Origin: an uncultured Chloroflexia bacterium
Lineage (GTDB): Bacteria; Chloroflexota; Anaerolineae; CG2-30-64-16
Direction: 5' to 3'
Assembly (NCBI GenBank): GCA_963810095.1
Contig: CAWEMM010000011.1
Span: forward strand, 224,001 to 288,000
DNA length: 64,000 nt
Below, piece after piece: positions 63,963-64,000 of this stretch (position 1 is the stretch's first letter; each line of letters begins with the position of its first letter). Under the pieces are notes generated by a model. The model searched no databases and was not told the origin of the DNA. It worked only from the letters and a program-made list of their open reading frames with translations. The translations under genes were made by a program, and so were the position numbers.

Positions 63963-64000
63963 ATGGGCGAAAAACTAACAGACGCGCAGATCGAAGCGAT
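63963..64000 (+). CDS. start of the next ORF, possibly encapsulation-peptide-bearing cargo (truncated)
   Basis: MGEKLTDAQIEA(I) resembles the start of an encapsulation helix; only 12 codons visible. Confidence 0.35.
   Translation, partial: MGEKLTDAQIEA

Overview
A GC-rich bacterial chromosomal segment, probably Chloroflexota of Anaerolineae/Caldilineae type (inferred from secreted proteins ending in ...(Y/F)LPxxxR, GT39-like glycosyltransferases and dense palindromic intergenic repeats). More than a dozen otherwise intact genes carry single-base frameshifts, most likely long-read indels. It holds about 50 CDS and one tRNA-Arg(UCU). Housekeeping and accessory genes include a Rieske protein, GH13, icd-acnA, ferritin, VKOR, GT2, xylB, ychF, two transglutaminase-like membrane proteins, a triple M42 peptidase cluster and glmS-amrB. 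The right end starts a sugar-phosphate-utilisation (SPU-like) bacterial microcompartment operon: lepB, rpiB and deoC with encapsulation peptides, BMC-T, BMC-H, ppa, an MBL hydrolase and BMC-P. The most notable features missed by the ORF track are: (1) a UshA-like selenoprotein lipoprotein with C-G-U, an in-frame UGA and a SECIS-like hairpin; (2) a promoter- and terminator-bounded ~185-nt G-rich candidate sRNA with repeated G-rich hairpin loops; (3) a terminator/antiterminator leader upstream of a GT2 gene; (4) several coexisting REP-like repeat families, some of which supply stop codons. All calls are by eye from motifs; no database searches were run.
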